Shown: one piece after another, positions 1 through 8,135 of the stretch
Layout of the letters: every line of letters begins with the position of its first letter
How positions within the stretch are numbered: the first letter of the stretch is position 1
Source: Paludibacteraceae bacterium
Lineage (GTDB): Bacteria > Bacteroidota > Bacteroidia > Bacteroidales > Paludibacteraceae
Length of the DNA: 64,000 nucleotides
NCBI GenBank assembly: GCA_024405875.1
Contig: JAKSOA010000010.1
Location: 3,295-67,294, forward strand
Direction of reading: 5' to 3'
Translations under genes and position numbers: made by a program
Notes under the pieces: model-generated
Databases searched by the model: none
Seen by the model: only the letters and a program-made list of their open reading frames with translations
Told to the model about the DNA's origin: nothing

Positions 1-1362
1 TCAGAACTTTTGAGCCGTATGCTCACACTGCGTCATATAAAGCATAATGTGCTAAATGCCAAACTGCACCAAAAAGAGGCTGAGATAGTGGCTCTGGCAG
101 GCCGTCCTGGTACTGTTACAATTGCAACCAATATGGCAGGTCGTGGTACTGATATTAAACTTACGCCTGAGTCAAAGGCGGCAGGTGGTCTTGCCATCAT
201 TGGTACGGAGAGGCACGAGAGCCGTCGTATTGACCGTCAGTTGCGCGGACGTTCAGGACGTCAAGGTGACCCGGGCTCATCTGTATTCTATGTCTCATTT
301 GAAGACAATCTTATGCGTGTCTTTGGTTCGGACCGTATTGTAAAGGTTATGGATGCCTTGGGACTTAAGGAAGATGAGATGATGGAGCATAACCAAATCT
401 CAAAATCAATTGAGCGTGCCCAGAAAAAGGTTGAGGAGAACAACTTTGGCATTCGTAAGCGTCTGCTTGAGTATGATGACGTTATGAACAAACAGCGTAC
501 AAACATTTACGCCCGCCGTCACCACGCTCTTATGGGAGAACGCATAGGTATTGACATTATAAATATGATTTATGACGGCATTGCCGCACAGGTTGACACA
601 TATTATGACAGTGCCGACGCTGAGGCTCTAAAGATGGCTCTGCTGCGCCAGTTTGCCATAGACCTTGACATTACTCTTGAACAGATGCGTAAGACCAAGA
701 TTCAGGATTTGACAGATTGGATTTATGACCAGGTTTATGACAGTTTCAGCCGTAAGTGTGAGCGCACGGCACAGATAGCGTATCCTGTAATCAAGAGAGT
801 ATATGAGACACAGGGTCAGATGTATGAGCGTATTATAATTCCGTTCACTGATGGCAAACTAATGTATAATATCCCTGTAAGCCTTAAAGAGGCGTATGAG
901 ACAGAGGGTAAGGTGGTTGTCAAGGAGTTCCAGAAGGCTATACTGCTTCACACAATAGACGAGGCTTGGAAAGAGCATCTGCGTGATTTGGACGATTTGC
1001 GTACAAGTGTGCAGAATGCCCAATATGAGCAGAAAGACCCGCTTGTAATCTACAAGATTGAGGCTCACGGACTCTTTATGAATATGATAGAGACCATAAA
1101 CCAGAAGGCTATTACAGTGCTTCTGCGTGGTCAGATACCTGTAAAGGAGGGCGATGCGGTGCAAGAGGCTCGTCAGCAGCAACGCAGTGACTATAGCAAA
1201 TATCAGGCTCACAAGAGTGATATTATGAAGGCAGGCTCACAGGATACCCGTGAGCAGCAGAAGACACAACCAATACGTGTAGAGAAGACGGTAGGGCGTA
1301 ATGACCCTTGCCCGTGCGGTAGCGGTAAGAAGTATAAGAACTGCTGCGGCAGAGGACTCTGA
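1..1362 (+). CDS. secA: Preprotein translocase ATPase SecA, C-terminal part (5' end outside the window)
   Basis: The frame is open from base 1. The sequence is SecA-like and ends in the terminal zinc-binding motif [14 protein letters not shown]. Confidence 0.95.
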   Translation, partial: SELLSRMLTLRHIKHNVLNAKLHQKEAEIVALAGRPGTVTIATNMAGRGTDIKLTPESKAAGGLAIIGTERHESRRIDRQLRGRSGRQGDPGSSVFYVSFEDNLMRVFGSDRIVKVMDALGLKEDEMMEHNQISKSIERAQKKVEENNFGIRKRLLEYDDVMNKQRTNIYARRHHALMGERIGIDIINMIYDGIAAQVDTYYDSADAEALKMALLRQFAIDLDITLEQMRKTKIQDLTDWIYDQVYDSFSRKCERTAQIAYPVIKRVYETQGQMYERIIIPFTDGKLMYNIPVSLKEAYETEGKVVVKEFQKAILLHTIDEAWKEHLRDLDDLRTSVQNAQYEQKDPLVIYKIEAHGLFMNMIETINQKAITVLLRGQIPVKEGDAVQEARQQQRSDYSKYQAHKSDIMKAGSQDTREQQKTQPIRVEKTVGRNDPCPCGSGKKYKNCCGRGL

Positions 1363-2129
1363 TGCAGGTAAGGGCGAAGAAATACTTAGGTCAGCACTTC
1401 CTCACTGATTTGGGAATTGCAAGCCGTATTGCCGATACTGTTGACCAGACTGCTGAGAGAAATGTGCTTGAGATAGGTCCTGGTATGGGTGTTCTTACGC
1501 AGTTTCTTCTTGAAAAAGAGAAAAACCTTCAGGTAATTGAAATTGACGGAGAGTCTGTTGAGTACCTGAAGGAGAACTTCAGCAGAGGGTTGGACGGTAG
1601 GATTATAGAGGGTGATTTTCTTAAATTCAATATTGACACTCTTTTTGACGGTGCCTCATTTGCCTTGATAGGCAACTATCCATATAACATATCAAGTCAG
1701 ATTTTCTTTCGTGTGCTGGACTACCGTGACCGTATTCCTTTTGTCTCAGGTATGATACAGAAGGAGGTTGCCAGGCGTCTTGCCTCAGGACCAGGAAATA
1801 AGGATTATGGCATATTAAGCGTGCTTTTGCAGGCGTATTATGATATTGAATATCTCTTTACCGTGCCCCCTGGAGTCTTTGCCCCTCCGCCAAAGGTTGA
1901 TTCCGCTGTACTATCAATGAAAAGGAACGGAGTAAAGTCACTTCCTTGTGATGAGAGACTCTTTAAAACAGTTGTCAAGACTGCTTTCAACCAGCGCCGC
2001 AAGACACTGAGAAACTCACTTAAACCAATTATGAAAGAGGGTATGGATACCACTTCTGATTTGTGGAACAGGCGTCCTGAACAACTCAGTGTTGCTGACT
2101 TCATTAATCTGACACTTAAATTTCAATAA
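1362..2129 (+). CDS. rsmA: 16S rRNA (adenine1518/1519-N6)-dimethyltransferase
   Basis: 255 aa. It has the KKYLGQHFL N-terminus and the EIGPGMG SAM-binding motif of KsgA/RsmA. The ATG overlaps the secA stop. Confidence 0.92.
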   Translation: MQVRAKKYLGQHFLTDLGIASRIADTVDQTAERNVLEIGPGMGVLTQFLLEKEKNLQVIEIDGESVEYLKENFSRGLDGRIIEGDFLKFNIDTLFDGASFALIGNYPYNISSQIFFRVLDYRDRIPFVSGMIQKEVARRLASGPGNKDYGILSVLLQAYYDIEYLFTVPPGVFAPPPKVDSAVLSMKRNGVKSLPCDERLFKTVVKTAFNQRRKTLRNSLKPIMKEGMDTTSDLWNRRPEQLSVADFINLTLKFQ

Positions 2130-2866
2130 TGGAGCAGGGTTTGATTACATTTATTGATGAGTGTACATCAACCAACAGGCTTTTGCTTGATGGCATTGAA
2201 AGAGGGGAGTCATACGCTGACTTTCATACAATATACACATCATTTCAAAGTTGCGGCTATGGTCAGGTGGGTAATCATTGGGAGTCAGAAAAGGGGAAGA
2301 ACCTGTTATTCTCAACGGTTGTTCACCCTGTTACGGTCAAGGCGTCGGAGCAGTTTTTCATCTCAGAGGCTATAGCCCTTGCTGTTGCTGAGACTCTTGA
2401 TGCTGAAATGGGCTCAGTATCAGTGAAATGGCCTAATGACATCTATTGGAAGGAGAAAAAAATTGCGGGCATTCTTATTGAGAACAATTTGAGTGGCGGA
2501 GGCATAAAAGATTGTGTCATCGGGGTAGGACTTAACGTAAATCAAAAGGTGTTCCGCTCAGATGCCCCAAATCCAGTTTCAATGCTCAATATTACAGGTG
2601 CGGAACATAATATAAGGCGGGTTCTTGGGACCATATTGGAGAATTTCCGCCGTAACTTCTATGATGGATTGACAGGTAGGGCTACTCTTCACGCAAGGTA
2701 TATGGAGCGTCTTTTCAGGTTTGGCGTTCAAGCCACTTACCACGATGCCACAGGCGTTTTTTCCGGTCGCATCACTTCTGTTGAGCCTGACGGACATCTT
2801 CATATAACCAGCCCCGATGGCAGAGACCGCCGCTATGCCTTCAAAGAGGTTCAATATATTCTATGA
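2129..2866 (+). CDS. birA: Biotin--[acetyl-CoA-carboxylase] ligase (class I, no HTH domain)
   Basis: 245 aa with the biotin protein ligase core (GYGQVGNHWES, KWPNDIYWKEKKIAGILIEN). The start overlaps the rsmA stop. Confidence 0.85.
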   Translation: MEQGLITFIDECTSTNRLLLDGIERGESYADFHTIYTSFQSCGYGQVGNHWESEKGKNLLFSTVVHPVTVKASEQFFISEAIALAVAETLDAEMGSVSVKWPNDIYWKEKKIAGILIENNLSGGGIKDCVIGVGLNVNQKVFRSDAPNPVSMLNITGAEHNIRRVLGTILENFRRNFYDGLTGRATLHARYMERLFRFGVQATYHDATGVFSGRITSVEPDGHLHITSPDGRDRRYAFKEVQYIL

Positions 2867-2869
2867 TTT

Positions 2870-3562
2870 ATGATTGCGGAATGGTTCAAAGCACTTATGT
2901 CACTTATCTATCCAAAGGTTTGCGGTGGGTGTGGCGGCTATCTTGTGAAAGGGGAGAGTGAGATATGCACGCAATGCAGATATGACCTAAGCAAGACTGG
3001 TTTTCACCGTGAGAGTGACAATGAGGCTGAGAAACTTTTCTGGAACAAGGTGCCCGTAGCGCACGCTACGGCATATTGTTATTTTCATAAGGGTGGAATT
3101 GCCCAGCAGATGCTTCATAACCTGAAATACAAGGGAGCCAAAACCCTTGGCGTGGAGATGGGACACCTTATCGGGGGTGAGATTAAGGGTTCCCCTGTGG
3201 CTGATGTTGACTATATTGTACCAGTGCCGCTTCACCCGTCAAAACTTAAAAAGCGTAAGTATAATCAGGCGGAAATGATAGCGAATGGTATAAGTTCTGT
3301 CATCGGGGTACCCGTTGACACAACCACCCTTGTTAGAGTGAGGGAGAATGTTACGCAGACTCATAAGAACATAAGTGAGCGGTATGAGAACTCTCTCAAT
3401 TTGTTCGGGATAACAGAGAGCCGCATTCTTGAGGGTAAGCGTGTTATGATTGTTGATGATGTTATGACAACTGGCGCCACACTTGAGGCGTGTACCCGTG
3501 AACTACTTAAAATAGACGGAGTTACTGTTAATTGCGTCTCCTTTGCCATAGCCGCACACTAA
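2870..3562 (+). CDS. ComF family protein (phosphoribosyltransferase-like)
   Basis: 230 aa. It has an N-terminal Cys-rich zinc finger (CGGCGG...CTQC) and the PRTase motif VMIVDDVMTTGAT. Confidence 0.85.
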   Translation: MIAEWFKALMSLIYPKVCGGCGGYLVKGESEICTQCRYDLSKTGFHRESDNEAEKLFWNKVPVAHATAYCYFHKGGIAQQMLHNLKYKGAKTLGVEMGHLIGGEIKGSPVADVDYIVPVPLHPSKLKKRKYNQAEMIANGISSVIGVPVDTTTLVRVRENVTQTHKNISERYENSLNLFGITESRILEGKRVMIVDDVMTTGATLEACTRELLKIDGVTVNCVSFAIAAH

Positions 3563-3577
3563 TTCCTAAAAATTCAC

Positions 3578-3585
3578 TATATTTG
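3578..3585 (+). promoter_or_regulatory. Bacteroidota-type -7 promoter box TAtaTTTG upstream of lgt
   Basis: It matches the TAnnTTTG consensus and is followed by CA. It lies 89 nt before the lgt ATG. Confidence 0.5.
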
Positions 3586-3637
3586 CACCTTAATGTGTTG
3601 AATCGGTTACAAGTTTGTCTGTATTCGGCTTGCACCA

Positions 3638-3672
3638 TAATTGTTAATTATTAATTGTTAATTGTTAATTAA
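3638..3672 (+). repeat. Tandem heptanucleotide array (TAATTRT) x5 abutting the lgt ATG
   Basis: Read directly: TAATTGT TAATTAT TAATTGT TAATTGT TAATTAA, then T, then the ATG at 3674. Confidence 0.9.
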
Positions 3673-3673
3673 T

Positions 3674-4504
3674 ATGTCATTACTATCTATAATCTGGAAC
3701 CCTGACCCCGTGGCATTTGCATTGGGCTCTGTTGAGGTGCGTTGGTATGGAATAATATATGCCACAGGTTTTTTGTTTGCCATCTGGCTTCTTGGTAAGA
3801 TGCTCAAGAGTGAAGGTTGCCCCGATGATTGGGCGGACAAGATTTTCATCTATATGGTCATTGCCGTAATTGTGGGCTCTCGTTTGGGACACGTATTCTT
3901 CTATGATTGGGATTACTATAAAGACCACATAGGTGAGATTTTTCAGATTTGGAAGGGTGGGCTTGCAAGCCACGGAGGTGCCGCAGCCATTATCATAACA
4001 GTGTGGCTGCTTGCCAAATATTTGTGTAAGAAGTCATTCTTCTGGCTTGCTGACAGAATGTATGTTGTCTGTTGCTCTGTGGCCGCTCTTATAAGAATTG
4101 GTAATCTTATGAACTCTGAGATATACGGTTGTGAGACAGACCTGCCTTGGGGCTTCAAGTTTGTGAGAGACTATCCGGGTATTCCTGTTGAACAGATTCC
4201 AGCCTGTCATCCTACGCAGATATATGAGTCTCTTGCATATCTTGTGCTATTCGGCATACTGATGTGGATGTATTGGCGAACAGACGCACGCAAGCGTGAG
4301 GGTCTTATATGCGGAACAGGTTTTGCCGTGATGTTCATTATGAGGTTCCTTATTGAGTTCATAAAGAATGACCAATCAGAGTTTGAGGCGGGTATGATTA
4401 TAAATATGGGACAGATTCTGAGCATTCCGTTTATCATTTTCGGCATCTGGCTGATAATCAGAGCAATGAGAAAGGATAAAGGAGAAAGGAGAAATAATTA
4501 CTAA
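3674..4504 (+). CDS. lgt: Prolipoprotein diacylglyceryl transferase
   Basis: Polytopic membrane protein with the Lgt signature GGLASHGG. I prefer the ATG at 3674 over the track's TTG at 3662, which lies inside the heptamer array. Confidence 0.92.
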   Translation: MSLLSIIWNPDPVAFALGSVEVRWYGIIYATGFLFAIWLLGKMLKSEGCPDDWADKIFIYMVIAVIVGSRLGHVFFYDWDYYKDHIGEIFQIWKGGLASHGGAAAIIITVWLLAKYLCKKSFFWLADRMYVVCCSVAALIRIGNLMNSEIYGCETDLPWGFKFVRDYPGIPVEQIPACHPTQIYESLAYLVLFGILMWMYWRTDARKREGLICGTGFAVMFIMRFLIEFIKNDQSEFEAGMIINMGQILSIPFIIFGIWLIIRAMRKDKGERRNNY

Positions 4505-4522
4505 TTACTAATTGCTAATTGA
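4495..4522 (+). repeat. Tandem heptanucleotide array TAATTAC x2, TAATTGC, TAATTGA
   Basis: Read directly. The lgt stop TAA (4502-4504) is part of unit 2. The next ATG is at 4525. Confidence 0.9.
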
Positions 4523-4524
4523 AT

Positions 4525-4722
4525 ATGCGGTTTCTGCTGTTTATAATACTGTTCATTCTCTTCATCGTGGTATATAATATACTATCAGTGAGGAAGATGA
4601 TAAAACGCACTCATAATGACCGTTTTGAGCGTCAGAATGGGAACAGTGCGTCACAGCAGTTCCGTCGTGGTAAAATAGACAAATCAAAGGCGGAGGATAC
4701 CAAATTTGAGGAGATAGAATAA
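4525..4722 (+). CDS. Small membrane-anchored hypothetical protein
   Basis: 65 aa from the ATG at 4525. It has one N-terminal hydrophobic helix (FLLFIILFILFIVVY) and a charged tail. It sits in the lgt-metG gap in the same orientation. The family is not recognised with certainty. Confidence 0.5.
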   Translation: MRFLLFIILFILFIVVYNILSVRKMIKRTHNDRFERQNGNSASQQFRRGKIDKSKAEDTKFEEIE

Positions 4723-4740
4723 TATTAATTTTATATATAT

Positions 4741-6795
4741 ATGGAGTTTAAAAGAACTACAATCACATCGGCGCTTCCATACGCCAACGGACCTGTTCAT
4801 ATAGGTCACCTTGCAGGTGTATATGTGCCTGCTGACATCTACGCCCGATATTTGAGACTACAGGGCAAGGAGGTGCTTTTCATCGGTGGTTCAGATGAGC
4901 ACGGAGTGCCTATTACAATAAAGGCTCGTAAGGAGGGTGTGACGCCACAGGATATTGTTGACCGTTATCATACTCTCATAAAGAGGTCTTTTGAGGAGTT
5001 CGGTATCTCGTTTGATATTTACTCTCGTACAACAAGTGATGTCCACACACAGGTTGCCTCAGACTTTTTCAAGACAATATATGACAAGGGTGGCTTTATT
5101 ACAAAGGAGAGTGAGCAGTACTTTGATGAGGAGGCAGGGGTTTTCCTTGCTGACCGTTACATTACAGGAGAGTGCCCTAAATGCCACGAACAGGGTGCAT
5201 ACGGAGACCAATGTGAGAAGTGTGGCTCAACCCTCTCACCAGATGAACTTATAAATCCAAAATCCACGATAAGCGGCAGCGCCCCTGTAAAGCGTATGAC
5301 AAAACATTGGTATCTGCCTCTTGACAAGGATGAGGAGTGGCTCCGTAAGTGGATTCTTGAAGACCACAAGGAGTGGCGTCCCAATGTTTACGGACAGTGT
5401 AAGAGTTGGCTTGATATGCATCTTCAGCCACGTGCCGTAAGCCGTGACCTTGATTGGGGTATCCCGCTTCCAATAGATAATGCCAAGGGAAAAGTCCTGT
5501 ATGTGTGGTTTGACGCACCTATAGGCTATATTTCAAATACTAAGGAACTTCTGCCAAATGATTGGGAGAAGTGGTGGAAAGACCCTGAGACACGTCTTGT
5601 CCACTTCATTGGAAAGGATAACATAGTATTCCACTGCATTGTGTTCCCTGCAATGCTTAAGGCGGAGGGTTCTTTCATACTTCCCGATAATGTCCCGTCA
5701 AATGAGTTCCTGAACCTTGAGGGGGATAAGATATCAACTTCACGCAACTGGGCTGTATGGCTGCACGAATATCTTGCCGATTTCCCAGGCAAACAAGATG
5801 TGTTGCGTTATGTTCTTACGGCAAACGCACCTGAGACAAGGGATAATGACTTCACTTGGCGTGATTTCCAGGCACGTAATAACAATGAACTTGTAGCCAT
5901 CTATGGTAACTTTGTAAACCGAACCCTTGTGCTGACTCAGAAATATTTTGACGGCAAGGTTCCCGCACGTGGCACCCTGACTGAATATGATGAGGCTACA
6001 CTTAAAGAGTTTGCAGATGTAAAGGCTGAAGTTGAGCAATTGCTTGATAACTTCAAGTTCCGTGACGCTCAGAAAGAGGCTATGAATCTGGCTCGTATAG
6101 GTAACAAATATCTTGCCGACACAGAGCCTTGGAAAGTTGCAAAGGAGGATATGGAGCGTGTTGCCACAATATTGAATATCTCTTTGCAGATTACAGCGAA
6201 TCTTGCAATTGCTTTTGAGCCTTTCCTGCCGTTCAGCAGCAAGAAACTTAGAGAGATGATTAATCTTGAGAGTTGGTCGTGGGATAAATTAGGCAGCCTT
6301 GACTTGCTTACTACAGGTTCTCAGATAGGGAAGGCTGAACTCTTGTTTGAGAAGATAGAGGATGCCGCCATAGAGGCTCAGATGAATCGTTTGGCAGAGA
6401 TAAAGAAGAAGAATGAAGAGGCAAAGCGTTTGGAGGAACTCAAGAACTTCAAACCACAGCCCGTACAAGAGAATGTTCCGTTTGATGATTTTGAAAAACT
6501 TGACATACGCGTGGGTAAAGTGCTTGAATGCTCCCGTGTTCCAAAGGCCGACAAACTTCTGCAGTTCAAGATTGATGACGGTATGGGTTGCCGTACAATA
6601 GTTTCAGGCATAGCCGCCTGGTATAATCCGGAGGATTTGATTGGCAAGCAGATTTGTTTTGTAGCCAACTTCGCACCTCGTAAACTAAAGGGTGTGGAGA
6701 GTCAGGGAATGATACTCTCCGCTATGGATGCTGATGGCAGATTAGTGGTTGTTTCCCCTTCGGCTGAGGTGAGAAACGGGGTGAAGGTATGTTAA
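4741..6795 (+). CDS. metG: Methionine--tRNA ligase with C-terminal tRNA-binding domain
   Basis: 684 aa. It has the HIGH motif (PVHIGHL), the KMSKS-type KISTSRN motif, the zinc knuckle CPKCH...CEKCG, and a C-terminal EMAP-like domain. Confidence 0.97.
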   Translation: MEFKRTTITSALPYANGPVHIGHLAGVYVPADIYARYLRLQGKEVLFIGGSDEHGVPITIKARKEGVTPQDIVDRYHTLIKRSFEEFGISFDIYSRTTSDVHTQVASDFFKTIYDKGGFITKESEQYFDEEAGVFLADRYITGECPKCHEQGAYGDQCEKCGSTLSPDELINPKSTISGSAPVKRMTKHWYLPLDKDEEWLRKWILEDHKEWRPNVYGQCKSWLDMHLQPRAVSRDLDWGIPLPIDNAKGKVLYVWFDAPIGYISNTKELLPNDWEKWWKDPETRLVHFIGKDNIVFHCIVFPAMLKAEGSFILPDNVPSNEFLNLEGDKISTSRNWAVWLHEYLADFPGKQDVLRYVLTANAPETRDNDFTWRDFQARNNNELVAIYGNFVNRTLVLTQKYFDGKVPARGTLTEYDEATLKEFADVKAEVEQLLDNFKFRDAQKEAMNLARIGNKYLADTEPWKVAKEDMERVATILNISLQITANLAIAFEPFLPFSSKKLREMINLESWSWDKLGSLDLLTTGSQIGKAELLFEKIEDAAIEAQMNRLAEIKKKNEEAKRLEELKNFKPQPVQENVPFDDFEKLDIRVGKVLECSRVPKADKLLQFKIDDGMGCRTIVSGIAAWYNPEDLIGKQICFVANFAPRKLKGVESQGMILSAMDADGRLVVVSPSAEVRNGVKVC

Positions 6796-6904
6796 TGTAA
6801 CAACAATGAAACAACCTTGTAATTGCTTTGAAATAACACAATGAAAAATAGGGTATATATGCAAAATATTTTATTATATGTGTACTTGCATATTTAAAAC
6901 GCCC

Positions 6905-6912
6905 TATATTTG
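6905..6912 (+). promoter_or_regulatory. TAtaTTTG -7 box in the metG-XRE gap, about 45 nt upstream of a terminator
   Basis: Motif match only. Confidence 0.3.
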
Positions 6913-6955
6913 CATTGTGATTTTTTCATAGTATTTGATTTTAAGGTTAGCAAAT

Positions 6956-6987
6956 AGGTGTTCAAGCGTGAACACCTTTTGTTTTTT
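6956..6987 (+). terminator. Intrinsic terminator (9-bp stem, GNRA-like loop, T-rich tail)
   Basis: AGGTGTTCA AGCG TGAACACCT followed by TTTGTTTTTT. Confidence 0.75.
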
Positions 6988-7498
6988 ATACCTCTTTGTC
7001 TTTATTTGGTTTCTTCTTTTTATAAACCCTTTTTTTTGGTTTTTCCTGTTTCACACATCTCCTTTTGACAGGTTGTCCAACTCCCGCTTTAAGCATTTCA
7101 AAATCCTGCTGTGCCATAACAGTACCAGCATCCGCTATTCTATAAATTTGTGGTTTCTCACTTGCTATCCAGGATGATATCTTCTCAATGTTCCTGTTCA
7201 TTGATTTGAGGTTTGATATTAAATCCTGTAGGGCTATCCGGCTTGGCGGTGCGTTGTCAATCAGAGTGTCAAGGTCAACTTCAAGTACTTTACCCAATTG
7301 TCTAAGCCTGTCCATATTGACTCCGCTTTCCCCTCTCTCTATTTTTGAGTAAGCCGTGGTTGTAAGTCCTATTAATTTAGCAACCTCTTCTTGAGTTAGA
7401 TTTTTAAGATGTCTGCGTGTTCTTAATATCTCACCGATTTTGGTCCTCTCATTTGCATCTGTCTCTCTCTTCTTTTTAAGTAGGTACAATTTTTTCAT
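6986..7498 (-). CDS. XRE-family helix-turn-helix transcriptional regulator with lysine-rich C-terminal tail
   Basis: 170 aa. The HTH segment LTQEEVAKLIGLTTTAYSKIERGE is XRE-like. The C-terminal half is unassigned and ends KKRVYKKKKPNKDKEV. Confidence 0.75.
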   Translation of the reverse strand: MKKLYLLKKKRETDANERTKIGEILRTRRHLKNLTQEEVAKLIGLTTTAYSKIERGESGVNMDRLRQLGKVLEVDLDTLIDNAPPSRIALQDLISNLKSMNRNIEKISSWIASEKPQIYRIADAGTVMAQQDFEMLKAGVGQPVKRRCVKQEKPKKRVYKKKKPNKDKEV

Positions 7499-7503
7499 AG
7501 TTG

Positions 7504-7562
7504 TTAATGATTAAATTAGGCATAGCCACTATTGGCACTGCGTATGTAAAGTTAATCATTAA
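7504..7562. promoter_or_regulatory. Perfect 11-bp inverted repeat TTAATGATTAA / TTAATCATTAA upstream of the 170-aa XRE gene (candidate operator pair)
   Basis: The arms are at 7504-7514 and 7552-7562, in the 133-bp gap between the two XRE genes. Confidence 0.45.
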
Positions 7563-7584
7563 AACAGTTTAAAAACTATAAAAA

Positions 7585-7606
7585 TTAGTTGCTAAATAAC
7601 AACTAA
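7585..7606 (-). terminator. Weak AT-rich hairpin after the 101-aa XRE gene
   Basis: TTAGTTG / CAACTAA form a 7-bp stem. On the minus strand it is followed by a T-rich stretch. Confidence 0.35.
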
Positions 7607-7631
7607 AACTACAATTACGCTATTTTTAGAG

Positions 7632-7937
7632 TCATTTTTTGTTGAATGGAGAGGCAAGTTCAGCGGCAATCATACTTCTTATATCATTACCAAGGTTTGC
7701 CATCTCCTTCACGCCAAGTTCTCCTAAGAATATCTCATCAACAAAGAATGTTGCTATGTGGACTTTGAATATTGATGACAATTTTGAGAGGTGGTCTATA
7801 TTGATTTTAGTCTTGCCTGTCTCTAATTTTATGTACGCTCCCACGGTTATTCCCATAGCGTCAGCAACTACCGTCTGTTTCATCTGTTTCTCTGCACGAA
7901 CCGCTTTTATCCTGCGTCCAAGTTCTTCTCGTGTCAT
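7632..7937 (-). CDS. XRE-family helix-turn-helix transcriptional regulator
   Basis: 101 aa with the HTH segment MKQTVVADAMGITVGAYIKLETGK. Confidence 0.75.
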   Translation of the reverse strand: MTREELGRRIKAVRAEKQMKQTVVADAMGITVGAYIKLETGKTKINIDHLSKLSSIFKVHIATFFVDEIFLGELGVKEMANLGNDIRSMIAAELASPFNKK

Positions 7938-7997
7938 CTTGTGGTTTTTTATGTTTTCTTATACCATAAAATTACAATTTGAAACAGATAGAAAAAC

Positions 7998-8075
7998 TAT
8001 ACTTTTAATACATAAAAATATACTATTAGTATAGCCGCATATATTTTTAGTATAAAAACAGATACTAAAAGTATA
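7998..8075. promoter_or_regulatory. Cluster of TATACT/AGTATA half-sites, including a 15-bp palindrome and a 9-bp inverted repeat, upstream of the 101-aa XRE gene
   Basis: TATACTA-T-TAGTATA lies at 8019-8033. TTTTAGTAT (8045-8053) pairs with ATACTAAAA (8062-8070). More half-sites occur at 7998-8003 and 8070-8075. Confidence 0.45.
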
Positions 8076-8080
8076 TTTAT

Positions 8081-8112
8081 AAAAAAAGTGGTCCTGTTCA
8101 AAGACCACTTTT
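8081..8112 (-). terminator. Intrinsic terminator of the oad operon (bidirectional shape)
   Basis: AAGTGGTC / GACCACTT form an 8-bp stem flanked by A7 on one side and T4 on the other. On the minus strand a T7 tail follows the stem. Confidence 0.75.
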
Positions 8113-8135
8113 AATTTATCTCTCAGGTTGTGTGT

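Noticed and set aside
6935-7177. 80-aa plus-strand ORF overlapping the 3' end of the 170-aa XRE gene
   Set aside because: It is a Phe/Leu-rich translation of the complement of the lysine-rich tail. The opposite strand has a convincing HTH protein.
6986-7937. The two XRE genes considered as a toxin-antitoxin or prophage immunity pair
   Set aside because: Both proteins are HTH regulators. No toxin-sized partner, integrase, or phage structural or replication gene is present in the islet.
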